DNA from: Ptychomitrium polyphyllum
Taxonomy: Eukaryota
NCBI GenBank assembly: GCA_973851085.1
Contig: OZ316776.1
Location: 13,578,001 to 13,642,000 of the forward strand
DNA length: 64,000 nucleotides
Reading direction: 5' to 3'
The position numbers and the translations under genes were made by a program. A model generated the notes under the pieces. That model made no database searches. It was not told where the DNA came from and worked only from the letters and a program-made list of their open reading frames with translations. Below, in pieces: positions 11,701-26,500 of this stretch. Each line of letters starts with the position of its first letter. Positions within the stretch are counted from its first letter, which is position 1.

Positions 11701-14700
11701 TCTAAACACAGGCCTTGAGACTTTGGATTGGTGTTCTAGTGAGAATCAAACTTCCTGGTTCTCGCTTAAATTTGTACTTTCATTCAGGGTTGTGAGTCTA
11801 ATATGATCCTTTGGGTTTGGAAAATGTTCAGGTCCGTAACCTTGGAAAACCCGTGGAACTTGCTGGGCGTTATTTCAAAGAAGGGGCAGATGAAGTAAGC
11901 ATTAACAACTGCATTCTGTAATTGCATTTGTTTTTAATATTTCTACATCCGTTTGTACAGAAGTCCTTTCAGTTGTCAGTGAATTTTATGACTATTTTTT
12001 TAGCAGCCAACTAGTTCGCTGCATGGATGCTGTCATGACTCTACTCTATTTTTATTGGAATGCTTTTCAAGTATGTCTACCTGAATATAAACTTAATGAT
12101 GTTTGTGTTTGACAGGTCACCTTTCTGAACATCACTGGTTTTCGGGACTTTCCTTTGGGTGATATGCCAATGCTGGAGGTATTATTCAGCATTTTTGTAA
12201 TTCGCTTACTTGTTTATTTTCATTTGTGCTTTATTTCTACATTTTTTAACGATTTCTGTATGAACCGAACATTCGATCGTCTTTTCTGGTGCAGGTTCTT
12301 CAGCGAACTTCTGAGCAAGTATTTGTACCCCTTACAGTGGGTGGTGGAATTTCCGATTTCACTGATGTCCATGGCAGGTTTGTGAGACGATTGCCCGATT
12401 TTCTGATAGGACTGTTCTTTTCAGTGTTGGTGGAGATAATTCAAGTCTTTATTTCTTTCTTCCACTATACTCTTAAGGTCTGTAATGAGGCGAATTAAAT
12501 AATCCAACTCATGAAAAAGGTCATGAGTAAATACGACAGAATAAAATCAATGAGGGAATTATCAGTGAACCTTGGAGGAGAGCTATGCTGCAGAGATTTT
12601 GGACATCTATTGTGTTAAATGCACAAGATCACGATCATTTCATGTTTTAATCTTGTAGATGGACACGTATCTACCAAATATTTGTTTCTGTATCTTAGCA
12701 TCCAATGTTTGCAACGAGTTACAGTGTTATTGCATTGCAGCAGGGTGCGAACTAGTGGGTAATATTATAGATGCTAATCATATCTTTCGTTAGCTTGTAT
12801 TCTGAGGGGTCTTTCACCAGAACATGCTGTTGATGGTAGGGAGTACTTTGCTGTAATCTCCTCTAAATAGTCCTTAAACTCAAGGCAGATATTTCTTGGG
12901 CTTTTGTTGTTGTAATGTCGGGGTTTTAGAGTATTCTCATTGACAGGTTTCTAATTCACGTGAGCAGATTTTATTCGTGCCTGGAAGTAGCTTCAGAATA
13001 CTTCAGATCTGGCGCTGACAAAATCTCCATTGGAAGTGATGCTGTTTATGCTGCTGAGGAGTACATCCGCTCAGGGGTAATCTGTCTGATTTTTTCTTAA
13101 TCTTAGGTCATCACGTTTATGTTGCATTGAGGATGGTTGCGAAGATTCCGGGTACTATGCTTGTGGTCTTAGTGTCAGTTGCACTGTTGAGTGCATCATA
13201 TATTTCGATTGAACATGTTTCTATACGTTAGAGATGTGAGTGCATTGCAGAAGCGGTCAGAAATTCATGAGATACTCCAATCTGTAAAAACTACTGAAGC
13301 TGTGACAGACATTTGACTTTAGGATTATGGTTTAAACTGTTGTGTTTGAACATTGTTCAGGTGAAAACAGGCAAGAGCAGCTTGGAGCAGATATCATACG
13401 TTTATGGAAATCAGGTATGATTTGTTATAATTTCTCCCCATGACAATTGAGTGCATCCGCCATTCTGTCCACGACGCACTTTCTATGTACCTCCTTTCGG
13501 TTTGGTCTTTTTGGAATACATTAATCTGAGGCATGAAACTTCTTTTATTGACCATGTTCCATATGATATTTTAGTGCTATGGGTGCGGTTGTATACAAGG
13601 GGAAAACATGGTTTCAAATCAAATCTCTGAAGTTCCAGATGAAATGTTTTAGATCGTGCGTAGACTGTCATGCGAGATAGAGAACAAAGAATGTTGTCAA
13701 TGGTCAAACTCCGGCTGCTGAAGAAGAGCGTAACTTGGCTGGCATTGCAGGCTGTGGTTGTCAGTATAGATCCAAAGAGAGTTTACGTACAAGATCCTTC
13801 AGAAGTTCCTTATAAAACTGTTGAAGTCCAGCAACCAGGTATCTTCAGCAACCATCTTTAGGATGTTTGTGCGTTTTAAGTTAGTATTTGAATCCTATTA
13901 CCAGTTGTAAGGCATCATTACTATTCATCACATCATGGAAATCACTTTGAAAATCTGGGCATGATTAACGTACTTGTGTCTTATTTGACAGGTCCAAATG
14001 GAGAGAGATTTGCCTGGTATCAATGCACGGTACTAGATGTTGGGACTTCCCTGCTTGTTTTCGAATATCTGACATTTTGAAAGATGAACCCCAAATTTTT
14101 TGGTTGATTATTTTGTATCTCTACGTGCTGGTTTCGACGTGATGTGCTGGTAGGTTAAAGGTGGCCGTGAAATGAGACCTATAGGAGCTTATGAGCTTTC
14201 TAAAGCAGTTCAGGATCTTGGTGCGGGAGAAATTCTCCTGAACTCCATTGATTGTGATGGTATGACTCGTGCCTTATCTGATTTGTGGTCAGAAGCGGCT
14301 TGGTTTGAACGATTCTACCATGTATTGTTTGTCTCAGCTTTCTTTTGCACATCTCCCGCTTGACATCTGATTCTTCATAGCATGTTTTACAGCTCAGATA
14401 AATGATGCTGTTATGCAAACTAGTGCTAAATCCTCATGCTTGTTATGTACCCAAACGAAGGCACTGCAGCTGTGGACTTAGCATACTACGGTCACGGATT
14501 TCCTGGTCCTTTTGGAAGGAGAAAGCGCACTTGGTTTTGTTGAAAACCTAATCCCAATTTATTTATTTTATGTGTCGCCGGCAAGTTATCAGAATGGTTG
14601 CTTTTCTGTCCACAGGTCAAGGGCAAGGATTCGACATCAACCTTGTGAAACTCGTATCAGACGCTGTCACTATCCCAGTCATTGCTAGTAGTGGTGCCGG

Positions 14701-15116
14701 CAGTCCCGAGCACTTTTCAGAGGTCTTCCACGAAACTAAAGCTTCTGCTGCATTGGCTGCAGGGATCTTCCACAGAAAGGAGGTATGTTAATTAATTGGA
14801 GTTGTACAAAAGAATTGAGCATTGGATTTCTAAGCTTTCTGTTCTCAAGTGGGTATGGGTTGATCTAGAATTATTGGTGCCTTATGACATCAAGGTCAAT
14901 AACTTTAGTAAGCCTAAGAATTTGTTGTACGCTTGCTGATAACTGAAATCTTTGTCTCTTGGGATCACTCTATCTTGTGTTTCCAGGTCAGAAAATCCTG
15001 CTTAATGTCTACTAAAGAGAATTGTTATTGTCACCAATGCGTGAAAATTGCAGGTAGAAATCTCAAGCGTGAAGAAGCATTTGGTCAGTTCAGGTGTTGA
15101 AACAAGACTCTTATAG
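8766..15116 (+). CDS. HISN4: Imidazole glycerol phosphate synthase hisHF (glutaminase + cyclase), plastid-targeted; 19 exons
   Basis: Exons (GT-AG, frame-consistent): 8766-8994, 9204-9286, 9438-9532, 9776-9879, 10128-10297, 10466-10580, 11007-11065, 11207-11266, 11427-11525, 11832-11894, 12116-12178, 12295-12377, 12968-13076, 13361-13414, 13751-13838, 13992-14029, 14154-14259, 14616-14782, 15054-15116. Motifs LDYGAGN, PGVG, GICLGLQ (catalytic Cys), [45 protein letters not shown]. Ser/Ala-rich transit peptide. Confidence 0.97.
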
Positions 15117-18100
15117 TCTTAGCACTGGTGGCTTTGGCGTGCATATATTTTTTCGATTGATGTTGAGCCTGTTAGACGTATTTCTTGAGGTTGTTTCAAG
15201 TTCCAAGTAACCTCTAGTTCATGTCAACAGAGATTGTGTGTTAACCAGCATTACAGTAGCCCTCATCAGGAGTGGTGTTCGTAATATTGAAGCTTCATAT
15301 TTCGGATGTGCCCTGGTATGGTCAAGAAACTGCATTTAGTACTCAGCTGCAGTAATGTCATGCAATGAAAGCGTTGGCTCTGTGTTTGCCAAGCTTGAGC
15401 TATAACTGCGTATAGTTCTTAGTTTGTGGAGATTATATGCTTCAAACTGATGGTGTGAAGGCTGGCTGATCGCAATGTTAATAGGAAGTACACGACATTG
15501 GACCGCCTGGCGGAGATGGTCTAGCAGTAGAGATGAATCGTAAAGGTCTCCAATAAGTATCATGTTCCTGTGCTTGTGGGTGTTACTGCTACACGTTTTA
15601 CTCGGCCAGAAGATTTCTTACTAATTTGTCTTGCAGTGTTTCATACGAAGTAATCGAAATTTCAATGCAACAATACAAGACACATTGACACAGATGATAT
15701 GTGCACAATGTGCCTTGTATCATTGAATTGTAAATTTTTCTTCATAAAAAGCAAGAAATCTTTATGTTACATATAATAGTGACAAAGTGGTTTGACAAGC
15801 TTCCACAATTGGAGCACCTTGACATTCTTTTCTGGGGAAAGAAAAAAATTAGATGTTTGTATTGTTTGCAACGATATTAAAAACGATTAATGGTTTGGAT
15901 TCGTATATGGCATAACCTTAGATTTAATAGGCTCTGACAATAGAATGATATCATTGAATTATATTTCTGAAAGAAAATGATGGAAAGTGTGTTTGAAAAT
16001 TGTCATGAAGAAAGTACTTGAAAGGTGATATAGAATAGAATGAGCCATCTTTAATTATTAGGAACTACTATTAATGTAAGCACAAAAAATGTAAGCACAA
16101 AAAATGACATCAAAGTTCTATTATCCAATTCTCAAAAAAAAACTATTTCATTATTCTATAGTATTTTATATAGAGTAGAAAGTATAGCATATGATATTCT
16201 TCCTTCAATGAATATGAGTTATATTAAAATAGTCAAGGTTATATAAATGTTACAATTCATACCATATAATTGGCCATTATATTATGTAATACAAATTATG
16301 GTTAATAAGAGAATAACAACACATAAGATAGTTATTATATAAGTAGTTAATTTGTTTGTATGTAATAGATAATTTTTGTGCTTCAAAAAATTAAATTTAT
16401 ACAATAATAGATGAAGTTTCATGTTCATTCTTCTTGAGTTTATTAATTGATAAAAATTGGCTAATTATAATGAGATTTCTACCAAAAGGTTCACTTATTT
16501 TAATCTTGATGAAATTAAAGCAACTTTTTAAGTTAAAATTAAGCAAAGTTTAGAATGAATGTATTGAAATTCATAGCGAAAAGCCAAATGTAGTGAGAGC
16601 ATAAAAAAAGGACAAAAAATGATTAAAAGCTATTATAATAAGGTTGAAAAGTAATTATAATAAGGATTTTGCTTTTGACAATTCTAAATATATGGATTCT
16701 ATAAGTATTTGGATTTCAATTGTAAAAATAAAACTTCATTAGAAGTATTGCATAAAGCAATTTTAAAAAAATGGAGGCTGTACAAGAAGATTTTAGAGAA
16801 GATTTTTATAATACAAATAAATAAAAACTATAAAGAATAATGGTTCATTACTCCTATCTTTTTATTACATATTTTGATAAATGAATGTAGAACGTGGTCA
16901 TTGTAAAGAAGACTTGGCATTAAAGATACAAGAACATTTTTCAAGTATTGTAGACCTATGGTGATTTATGGATGTTCAATCAAATGGAACTCATAAATGC
17001 TTTATTAAAGAAGTTCTTAAAACTTGTAGAAAGTGTGAATTTGACAAATACAAGTCAATACAAGCAACAAAGGTTGTTAAAATCAACCATACATTGAGTT
17101 CCATATAATATCTTTGAATGGAAAAGATAAATTTAGAATAAATAAAATGTAAAATATTCCATGCATTTGAAACTACTTCATAAACATTCAAAGGTGACAC
17201 CGCATATTTATGTAAGTCATTTTGGAAAAAAATGTTGAATTGCAATAATTAGCAATAGTAACAACATTGCTAAAGCAAGGTAGTATTTTTTTATAAAATA
17301 TGTAGTGTGAAATTTTCATATATTAAAATCATAAAGAGCAAGATATTAAAGTTTATGTTAATATAAAATATAATAGTTATTAATTAAAAGAATTTTTTAA
17401 TTTTTGGTTCTTATTTGCTTATTAAAGTGCAATAAATAATTGTATTAACATGTTAATCATTTCAATTAATATTCATTTAATTCTAGTTCATTTTATTTAT
17501 GCAAAATAGATTATATGAACAAATAAAATTTTGTCTCTTTTTAGATCCAAATGAAGCATCAAACTTATTGTATCATCTTTTAAAGCAAAAAAAGTGTAAC
17601 AATGATGATTGTAAAGTTATCAAATAAGTGATTTCAAATTTAGAAAAGCATATTTTTGTATTAGTCATACAAACAAAAGAAATGTTAAATATATTAAAGA
17701 ATATCATTGCAAATTCTACATAGATGATAGATTCTATGTTCAGATTCAATCACTAAAGCATGTTATTGCTCATTGCAATGTTTTTTTAATGCTAAAGGTT
17801 TACAAAAGCTTAGTTTTTTAATGTTTTGTAATGACAACAATGAAAGTAGACAAATAAAAATGGCATTATGGTTTACAGTGAAGGCTTTGATTTAAAATGT
17901 GTATTATATTAGTCCAAATACAATTGTATGTAATAAATACAATATGAAGAAAATTGCTTTATTAAAAGTAATAAATGAAGATTTTAAATATTGAAAAAAT
18001 TAAAAACTTGTAATATGAAATTTAAATATTAACTACTATTGTATCAATTTCATGCAATAAAGATATGGATTGACCATTTCTTGCATAAATTATCTAAGAA

Positions 18101-18480
18101 GGAAAGAAATAGTTTACATATGGCAATATTTATATATTAAAAATTATAATCGAAGAGTTCTTCAAAAAATATATATAAAAGGTTAAAGATCAAATATGCA
18201 AATAATTTAAATGTATAGAGAAGCCATGAGTTAAAAAATACTAAATCATATAAGCATATGTGGCCATAATGAAAATAAATGTTTTGACAAGGACAAATCA
18301 ACATAAGTAATTTTATTGAACATATGTGACATTATGTTAAATACACCTTGTTTGATACAAAAAGTCAATTGCAGGCTTCATGAATTGATTTCGGAATTAA
18401 TAATTAATTCCAAAATTGGCAAATAATTTGGAAAAACTATTTTTGAAGAGTATTACAATGATGCACATTGGTTGATGTCA

Positions 18481-21400
18481 CGTTGTTGTGGAAAAAGAAC
18501 TTTATTTTGAAAAAGCACTGGGCCTCTAGCTGCTACTAATCATTCAACAAGTTTGACAAGATGGTATTTACTTAATTATTTAAGTGATAGAGTTCTTTGA
18601 TCATGCTTTTTAAGTTTTGTAAAGATCATAATCCAAATCCAAACCATAACTACACACATCCATAAAAAATCCGCTTACAATTTTATTCATGTTTCCTATT
18701 TTAAGAATTTAATGAACTTGATATTTTGACACTATGTTTTTCAAATGTTTGTTCAGCTATGGTGAAAACTTCATAGCCAAATCTACTATAATTAATGAGA
18801 ATCCACGCTTTCAAAGTTCATGCTCTTTATTCGCCACAACTCATGCCTCCTCTATGTTACTGATTCATAACTTCTTTTCTAATACAAGAATAAACTTGAA
18901 AATTTATACACATAGTATCCATCTTATAATAAATACTTCACCAAAATACCAACCTCAAAAACTCCTTCAATCCTCTCTCATGGCCCAAAATGTACAACCC
19001 CACTTTTGCTATATACTATTTTTAACGTCCCGACTACAATTTTCCTTGTATCTTTTATCATACAAGTCTTTTTTTCTCCAAATTTTTACAATATCGTTTT
19101 AAAAGAGTTGAAATACTACCCTCTAAATTTCATAACCAAATTCTAAATACAAAAAGAAGTTATTAGCACCAAAAGCAGCTACTATCCGAAATTTAAGGCA
19201 ATTGACTCAGCTTCAATCAAACTAAAGCTTCAATCACATGTTAACTCCAAATGGAGCGTGTGATGGCATTTTAGAAACCATACAAAGAAAAAAAATAAAC
19301 CTAATAAAATTCAATTCAAACTAAGAAGTATACTATGAAATATTGGCTAGAGAAGGACAACTTTATATACTAAGTTGAAGATGCAAAAAAAAGAAAAAAT
19401 GGGAATGGAAGTCAAGCATCTACATCAGCTCTTTATCTTCTTACTTCAACCCCTTATCTTTTTACATCATCAAAAGAAAAAATCCAAATTTTTTCTTTTT
19501 TTTCTTTCCTTTTCTTTCTCTTAAAACTCCATTCCAAATACAATAAATTAAAATTCACAAAATAATAAAAACTTGCTACATTTTAAACCATACAACTAAT
19601 TACAACACGGAAACATGAGGTGACATCAAGTGCCAAGCCACGTCAAATGATTGTGGTATAATTGATTTTAAAAAGGATTTCTTCCATGTAGTACAAATTA
19701 GAGTTTGGAGGAGGTATTAGATAGAAAAATTCCTTTGGCTTAACATTCTTTGTCAAGTTAAGCTTTGTAAGTGTAATTTTAGAAGACCTTGTATTTTAGT
19801 TTTTCTTAGAGATGTTGATTAAATCATTTAATAAAGCTTTAAGGTTTTTTTATCTCTTGCACTCTTAGATTCTTCCTTTGTAGAATGAAAGCTACTTGAT
19901 TTTGTGGTGTAGTGATTTTTTTTTTGTGCACGTGGCAAAGAATTGCTACTTGCTATTTCTAAATTGCAAAATATCTTATCTCTTCATCTTGACTTCCATC
20001 CCTAGAGTTATACAATTTGAAATTTGAAGCTATTGTTAAAATTCCATCTCATCCAAAATTTATTGGATGAGCAAGGGGCCTTCAAATTTTAGAGGAGATC
20101 CTTCAAAATTGAAGGCGTTGCTCTACGCAAGTGCTCGTAGGCATTGCAGTCCGCTAAGCAACCAATGATTGTCTACGGCAAAGATGAGTAATTATTGGTT
20201 GCTCGAACTCCAGTTGGCATGGCATCCACTAGTTGATTGTTCGCGTTCGATTAGCAAACATTGGTTGTTTGAAGGAGCAAGGTTCTCCAACTCTGGCAAA
20301 CCTTATACTTTTAGAGAGGAATTTTTGAATGTGGACAACCTTTCATTTTGCAAATCTTAAAGAATTTGTTTTTTATTTCTTTTTTTATTTTAATTTTGTT
20401 TTAGATACTATTTGCTTTTATACTTTATATACTTTGAATGTTTATGTCTTAAGAGGTTTTATTAAAGTATAATGAAGGCGTTTTAATTGTGATAGTGTTT
20501 GTGGAAGTTGTTAAGGTATTGAAGAATTCTCTATAATACTTTAAATTTGTTTTTTTTTCTTTTGACACTTATAGCCATCTATTGCAGATAAGTGCCAATA
20601 GCTCTGGCCCCTTTTGAATTTTGAAATATATTGTCGTAATGTAATTAACTATACAAATTAAAACTTGACTAATTTTTATTATTTTGAAGAATTTAAATTA
20701 TTGTATTTGGAAGAAAGTATTAGGAAAAATAAATAATTAGATAAAAGGTTGTGGTGAAACCACAATTTTATTTATCTTGGAGTTGGAACTGCATCTTATC
20801 TTAGATCAAGATGAATAGGCCAATTGATTGTAGTATTTTCCTGCCTCCCATTTTTACTAGCAATACTTAGTCAAGTACTATTGTTCCATTCAACGAATTC
20901 GACAAGAATCAAAGTCAACCTGATTTAGCAGCTAGAACTTATTCAATCAACCAAGTTCATGACTTGGTGTTTGATCCTACCTTGACGATGATATTATTCT
21001 TAATTTGTTTCTTGTTGAACTTCAATTTTTTTTCTACCTTCTATCATTTATTTTAGTTTTTAGTTCCTATTTTAAATTTGTGAGGGTTGATTAAGTTTCC
21101 TTTTGCAGTTGGAGCCTAGATGTTTTAATCAAAAGAAAGAAAAGCAAAAGAAAATGATTTAAATTATTTTTTATTTGAAGACATGGTTGGATAAGGGCTT
21201 AATGAAGGAGATTAAGAGTTAATTTGGAGAGATAAAGCTAATGTGAAGTGATAAAGAGCGGATGTGGTTGTTTATCCATTGTGCTCTTTTTCTTTCTCGG
21301 CCTCTCTCACTAGTATAAAACAACAGCCCTTCTTTGGATGATAGTTCGTAGTATATTTTTTAGTTTGAGTTGATTTTTGCTGGATATTTTTTATTCTTTT

Positions 21401-22200
21401 TGTTAGCTCTTCAAGATATTTTCACACATCTCATTTGAAGTTAGTATATAATGGTGGCTCTAGTTTGAGTAAAGTTGGATTAACTGCCATGAATTTCAAG
21501 GAGCAGCTGCTTTGGTGCATATAGATTTTTGTGTATTTAGAATTTGGTTATGAAATTTAGATAATAGTACTCTAACTACTTTAAAATGATATTGTTAAAA
21601 TTTGGAGAATAAAAAGGCTTATATAGTGGATGGTATAAGAAAAATTGTAGTTAGAACTTTGAAAGCTGTATATAGCAGAGTTGGAGCTATATATTTTAAG
21701 CCATAAGAGAAGATTGAAGGAATTTTTGAGGTTGATAATTTGTTGAAGTTTTATTGTAAAATTAGTAATGTGTGTGTAAATTCTCAAGTCTATATTTGCA
21801 ATAGAAGAGAAGTTATGAAGTAGTAAAGTAGAGGGGATCCACGAGCTATGGCACTAGGAAGTGAGAACTTTGAAAGCATGGTTCTTAATGCATATAGTAG
21901 CTATGGTTATGAAATTTTTATTATTGTTTTATAGATGCTTTAAAAACATAGTGTCAAAATATCAAATTCATTATTCCTTTTAATAGAAAATATGAGCAAA
22001 ATTGTAAGCGGGTTTCTAATGGCAATATGTAGTTATGGTTTGGATTTGGGTTGTGATCTTTACAAAGCTTAAAAAGCATGATCAAAGAACTCTTTTATTT
22101 AAATAATTAGGTAAATACCATCTTGTCAACTTATTGAGTAGTTAGTAGCAGCTAGAGGCCCAGTGCTTTCTTAAAGCAAGGCTTTTTTACCACAACTACG
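18481..22200. repeat. Long degenerate inverted repeat (fold-back): arms ~18481-19460 and ~21230-22200
   Basis: AAAGCACTGGGCCTCTAGCTGCTACTAA (~18512) is the reverse complement of TTAGTAGCAGCTAGAGGCCCAGTGCTTT (~22142). Colinear matches continue inward for ~1 kb; inner boundaries are approximate. Confidence 0.88.
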
Positions 22201-22779
22201 CTGTTTGAACAAGACGATTCCATTTTTGGAAATTTAGATTTTATACTTAGTACCTTGCTTTGTTGCAAACATTATGACTGGAGGTTTCTAGTATTGCCTC
22301 ATTTTGTGTTATATGTAGTTTGTGTTTGTAGGCGTATCATTAAAATGAAGTCAGGTTAATAGCCGCCAAAATCCTTTTATTTGCACCAAGTGGGTGGTGC
22401 TTGTTTGAATTGTAGTGATTGGAAGGTGATGACCTGTGAATTGCAAGTTTGGTGGTGATGGCATGTACGTCTAAGTTGCCCTTAAGCCTTTAGATAGTTG
22501 CAGATACTCAAGTAATTTCTTTTATGCGGCAAACAAGAAGTTGATATTATCAATCTCCCTCATTATATTACTTGGAGGGTGACCATATTGAGGACTTTAA
22601 GCCAAAGGTGGATATTAACAAGGTTTTTTGGCTTTGAATACCACAAGGGGGCTTTGGGTCTCAGGTGTGGGCATGTTTGACAAGATGGAGGACAATCTTT
22701 GTAATATGGTGAGGGATTGATTCTTAGGGCGAATTAGAAGCATCTCTTTAGCCGATTAGAAATTGAGATTTTGGACCTA

Positions 22780-23568
22780 AATGAAGGAGAAGTACCAACG
22801 GTCCTTCAATTTTTATAATTAATATACATACGAGTTTTTGTCACAACATTTGGAATATAAAGTGTTTTAGACTTATAAGAGATGGAGTGAAGAGCACGCA
22901 TATAGTTGCGTAAAGAAAAATGCTATTGGAAGTCTTGTGTAGAATTCATCTCTGCCCTCAAGGATGGTGCAATTGCCAGTTTGACTGCTACAATGGTTGA
23001 AGATACCAAAGAGAAAGCTTTAATAATAGAATCCTCTGTTAGAAGTAGTGGCCCATCTACCTTGTTACAAATGGCACAAGCTATACATACTATTTTGTCT
23101 GTTGTAAGAAAGCATCTAGCATTTAATCCATTGCAATTATTCATCGCTCATCTAGAGGTTGAATATAGAGGTTTCAACTATAATCCAATGCTACAAATTC
23201 AAGATTTTTATTGCGAGAAGGAAAATACCTCACGTACCATGTATGCTCGTTTGGCACAATTTGCAATGGAATCTAAGGGTGTATTTGCTAACAGCCAACT
23301 GTCAAGGTCTTATTGTCCAAAATTAACAAAGGGCTTTTGAATTTGGCCATGCTAAGGATCATTTTCAAGTATGATGGGAAGACAATGCTCAATTAAGTAC
23401 CTGCCAAATATGAAAAATTATAGAGCTCTTTGCCTATGTAATGTCATTAGCATGGTTTCATAAATGACGGATATTGCTAAGTTAAAGCAAGCTTCTACAA
23501 CCACAAGTAGTTTGGTTGACATTCAGCCTCTAAAAACTTTGTATTATTGAAAGTGTGTTGAAATTAGT
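22780..23568 (+). pseudogene. Decayed gag-like ORF ending in a broken zinc knuckle
   Basis: 144-aa ORF 22906-23340 (..LEVEYRG..LQIQDF..MYARLAQF) continues through frameshifts to ..KTLYY*KCVE, a plausible eroded CxxC knuckle. No strong motif; start approximate. Confidence 0.45.
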
Positions 23569-26500
23569 TGTGAGTTGTAGAATTAGCTCATAATAGATTT
23601 TTTCTTAAAAAAATGACAAAATTTAATATTGTAGCAGATATTAGATCTAATTAGAACAAAAGAAGTTGGAGTATAGTTCTTTTTAAAGGAAATAAAGGGC
23701 AAGTGGACAGATGCTTATGGTCCATGATACTTAAAATCAGTGCAAGAATGTATTATAGAAAGAAAAATGAATCCTACAACTTGGATACATTTGCTATTGA
23801 TTTTAGAATTGAAACTAAATTTAGAATGATAGTCAAAATTCATAACATTTGTTGATTTTAGAATCGGCTCAAGTGGTTAATTTTCATTAATTATTAATTA
23901 TTAGCATTAATTGCTACGAAGTAGACTTATATTAGTATTAATTAGATCATTTTAGTGACTAATTAAGCTTAAGGATGATTAAGCTAGTTAGGTCCATGGA
24001 AAATATCAAAAAATCATGAAAGCTGCTATGTAAGGCAAAGAAGTGAATTAGTTATTAGACTTAATTAGTATTTAGAATGATTAATCACTAGGAATTACGG
24101 TTAGATTAGCAAGTTGAACAAGGAGGTCCTAGAGGAATTTCCTCCAACTAAAAGAACTGAAGAACACTTGCTATAATCAAGTACAAACAAGGTACAAAAA
24201 TAAAAAATAAAAGTCATTGCAAGTAGTTAAAACCAAGTCAGTGATAGGCTACAAAAATTTAGTAACAAGTTAGTATTTAGTTAGTAGAAACTTAGATGAG
24301 TTAATTGAGGTCAATTGTAAGTAGGTTGGAACATATGTTAAGTTAGTATGACCATCCAAGTTAGTGCAAGGAGTTAAAAATGGTTGAGGTTGGTTAGAAG
24401 CCCACCTTGTCACTAAGATAAGGCGGCTTAGTCTGAAAATAGGTGCTGGAGTTCAAAAGTTAGGACACAATGCTAAAACATAAAAAGATGGCCAAAAGAG
24501 AAGGAAGAGAGAAGTAGGAGAAGAAAGTGAGGGTGAAAGTTGGGAATGGTAAAATTTTGACGAGAGATTACAAACAAACAATAGTAGTTGTGACAATGAA
24601 TTTTTGTAAGAAGGAGGTGAAAAAAGTAAGGATTCTAACAAGCTAAAGGCCGCCCAATTCCAATAAGGGACAACGTAATGGCAATGTTTTTAGTAGAAGG
24701 AGTTTGGCTGCCAAACGCAACTCAAGATACTCAACTTTGGAGGAGCGGATCATCGTGCATACAACTCTAAACAAAGCGAGAATTGTTGAAGAGGGTAGAT
24801 CAAGTTGTAAAAATTCTATACACACCAAGATTTGGAGCTATAAGGCGTGGGTGGTGGCCAATTTGGTGCGACAAGGTCTACAATCGGCAATTTCATTGCG
24901 CATACTTAGGATAGAAACGTGCCCTCAGATTTTGGTTGTTTTCTCTCTCACCTTTTGAGATCAGGTTTTGAGATCTTGAAAGAAGTTAGATTTAGTAGTT
25001 GTTATTCAATAAACATCAAGATTATAAGATTTGAAGCTGAGAGGCACTCATGGCATCCACTTTGGTGTGAGGGATCTTGCTGCCTTGAGCTGAAAGTATT
25101 GTAAGTTTGAGTAGAGTAATAGTTTGGTGGCTAGTAGTTTGGACCACTAAATAAGGGAATATACCTTCTTAAATCAGAGCCAATCAACTTACTAAAGCCT
25201 TCTAAAATATTAAGTCATTAGAATTGTAGTAAACAAGTAGTAATTTAGCACATAGCTATTTTACTATATTTCTGTTTAGATGTTCACTAATGTATGAGAA
25301 GACTTGAATAATTATGAATTTGATTCAAATCATACTAAATCTTATCTTGGGATACAACGCAACTTAGATAATTATAATCTAAATTGAATTGTGTGAACCA
25401 AATTGACCTTTTGTATAGTAAGGGTTAATTTAGGTTCATAAGCAGCAAGAAAAAATGATAGCAAGAAAATCAACTAGAGTGCTCAAATTTAGGTGGATCC
25501 CGCTATTGGGGGCCCGCAACAATATGGGACCATATTGGAAATTAGTAAGTCCTTTAATTATTGGAAACTTATTTAGATCACATTTTGTAACTGCTAGTCA
25601 TGGTAGTTGTTAATAACTTAGTTATATAAAGCCAAACATCCCTTGTCAAGCTACAAAAGATATCAACCATCAAACTTGTTCACTAAAGTTAATTAGGCTA
25701 GAAATCCATTACAAATATTACAAAACACTTAACACATCTCAATATGAAAGGAAGCATGTCAGCTAGGGATTGTTTCAATTAGTGAGACGGTAATTTTGAT
25801 TTACATTGGCCATACCAAGAATGATTCTAATTATCCTAAGAAGAGCCAAGCTTAGTTAAAATGATAAATTTAAGAAGAATATAGAGGTGGCTAAAACAAA
25901 AGAGAAGGCCAAATGGAAAAAATTGAAGTATAATTAAAGTGGTAGGTTTAAATATATTAAATACTATTATTTCATTTTATATCTAAAAAAGCGTCATGTG
26001 TCAAAGAAAGAAAAAATATTAATAGCCAAGATTGTAGACCTCAAGAAGAAATTCAGGATTGTAGCTTCACTAGGCCAAGTTACTAAGTTTTGTATGACTT
26101 TAGGTATTGCAACAAACCATCATACTTCACATAATTATATATTTGATACATCAAGGAAGATGGTAGCAACGATTGCCACACGTATCCAAACAGCAAGTAA
26201 GATGGTGGTATCTACCATTTGTGAGCCATAAGAGGGGTTGTGTGTTTGCCATATTGGGGTGTAGGATGAGATAGGCTAAGCTTGGCTACCATTACCATTT
26301 GAGCTTCAAATTCCAAATTCAATTCATGATGGAAGAATAACTTCTAGAAGATTTGCACATACATTAGCTTACAAAGTATTGCAAATGCCTATTTTCTTGA
26401 GTGTTGAGATGATGGCATCAAATTTTAAGTCAGCCAAAGTCTTTCAATTAATAAGCAAGACGTTGAAAGACAAGGTGACAATGCCATCTCTTGAAATGGT

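Noticed and set aside
16000..18400. AT-rich block with a CxxC (CRKC) and a 15-bp tandem duplication, possibly a transposase/integrase relic
   Set aside because: Too many stops and no diagnostic motif or termini; cannot be assigned without a search.
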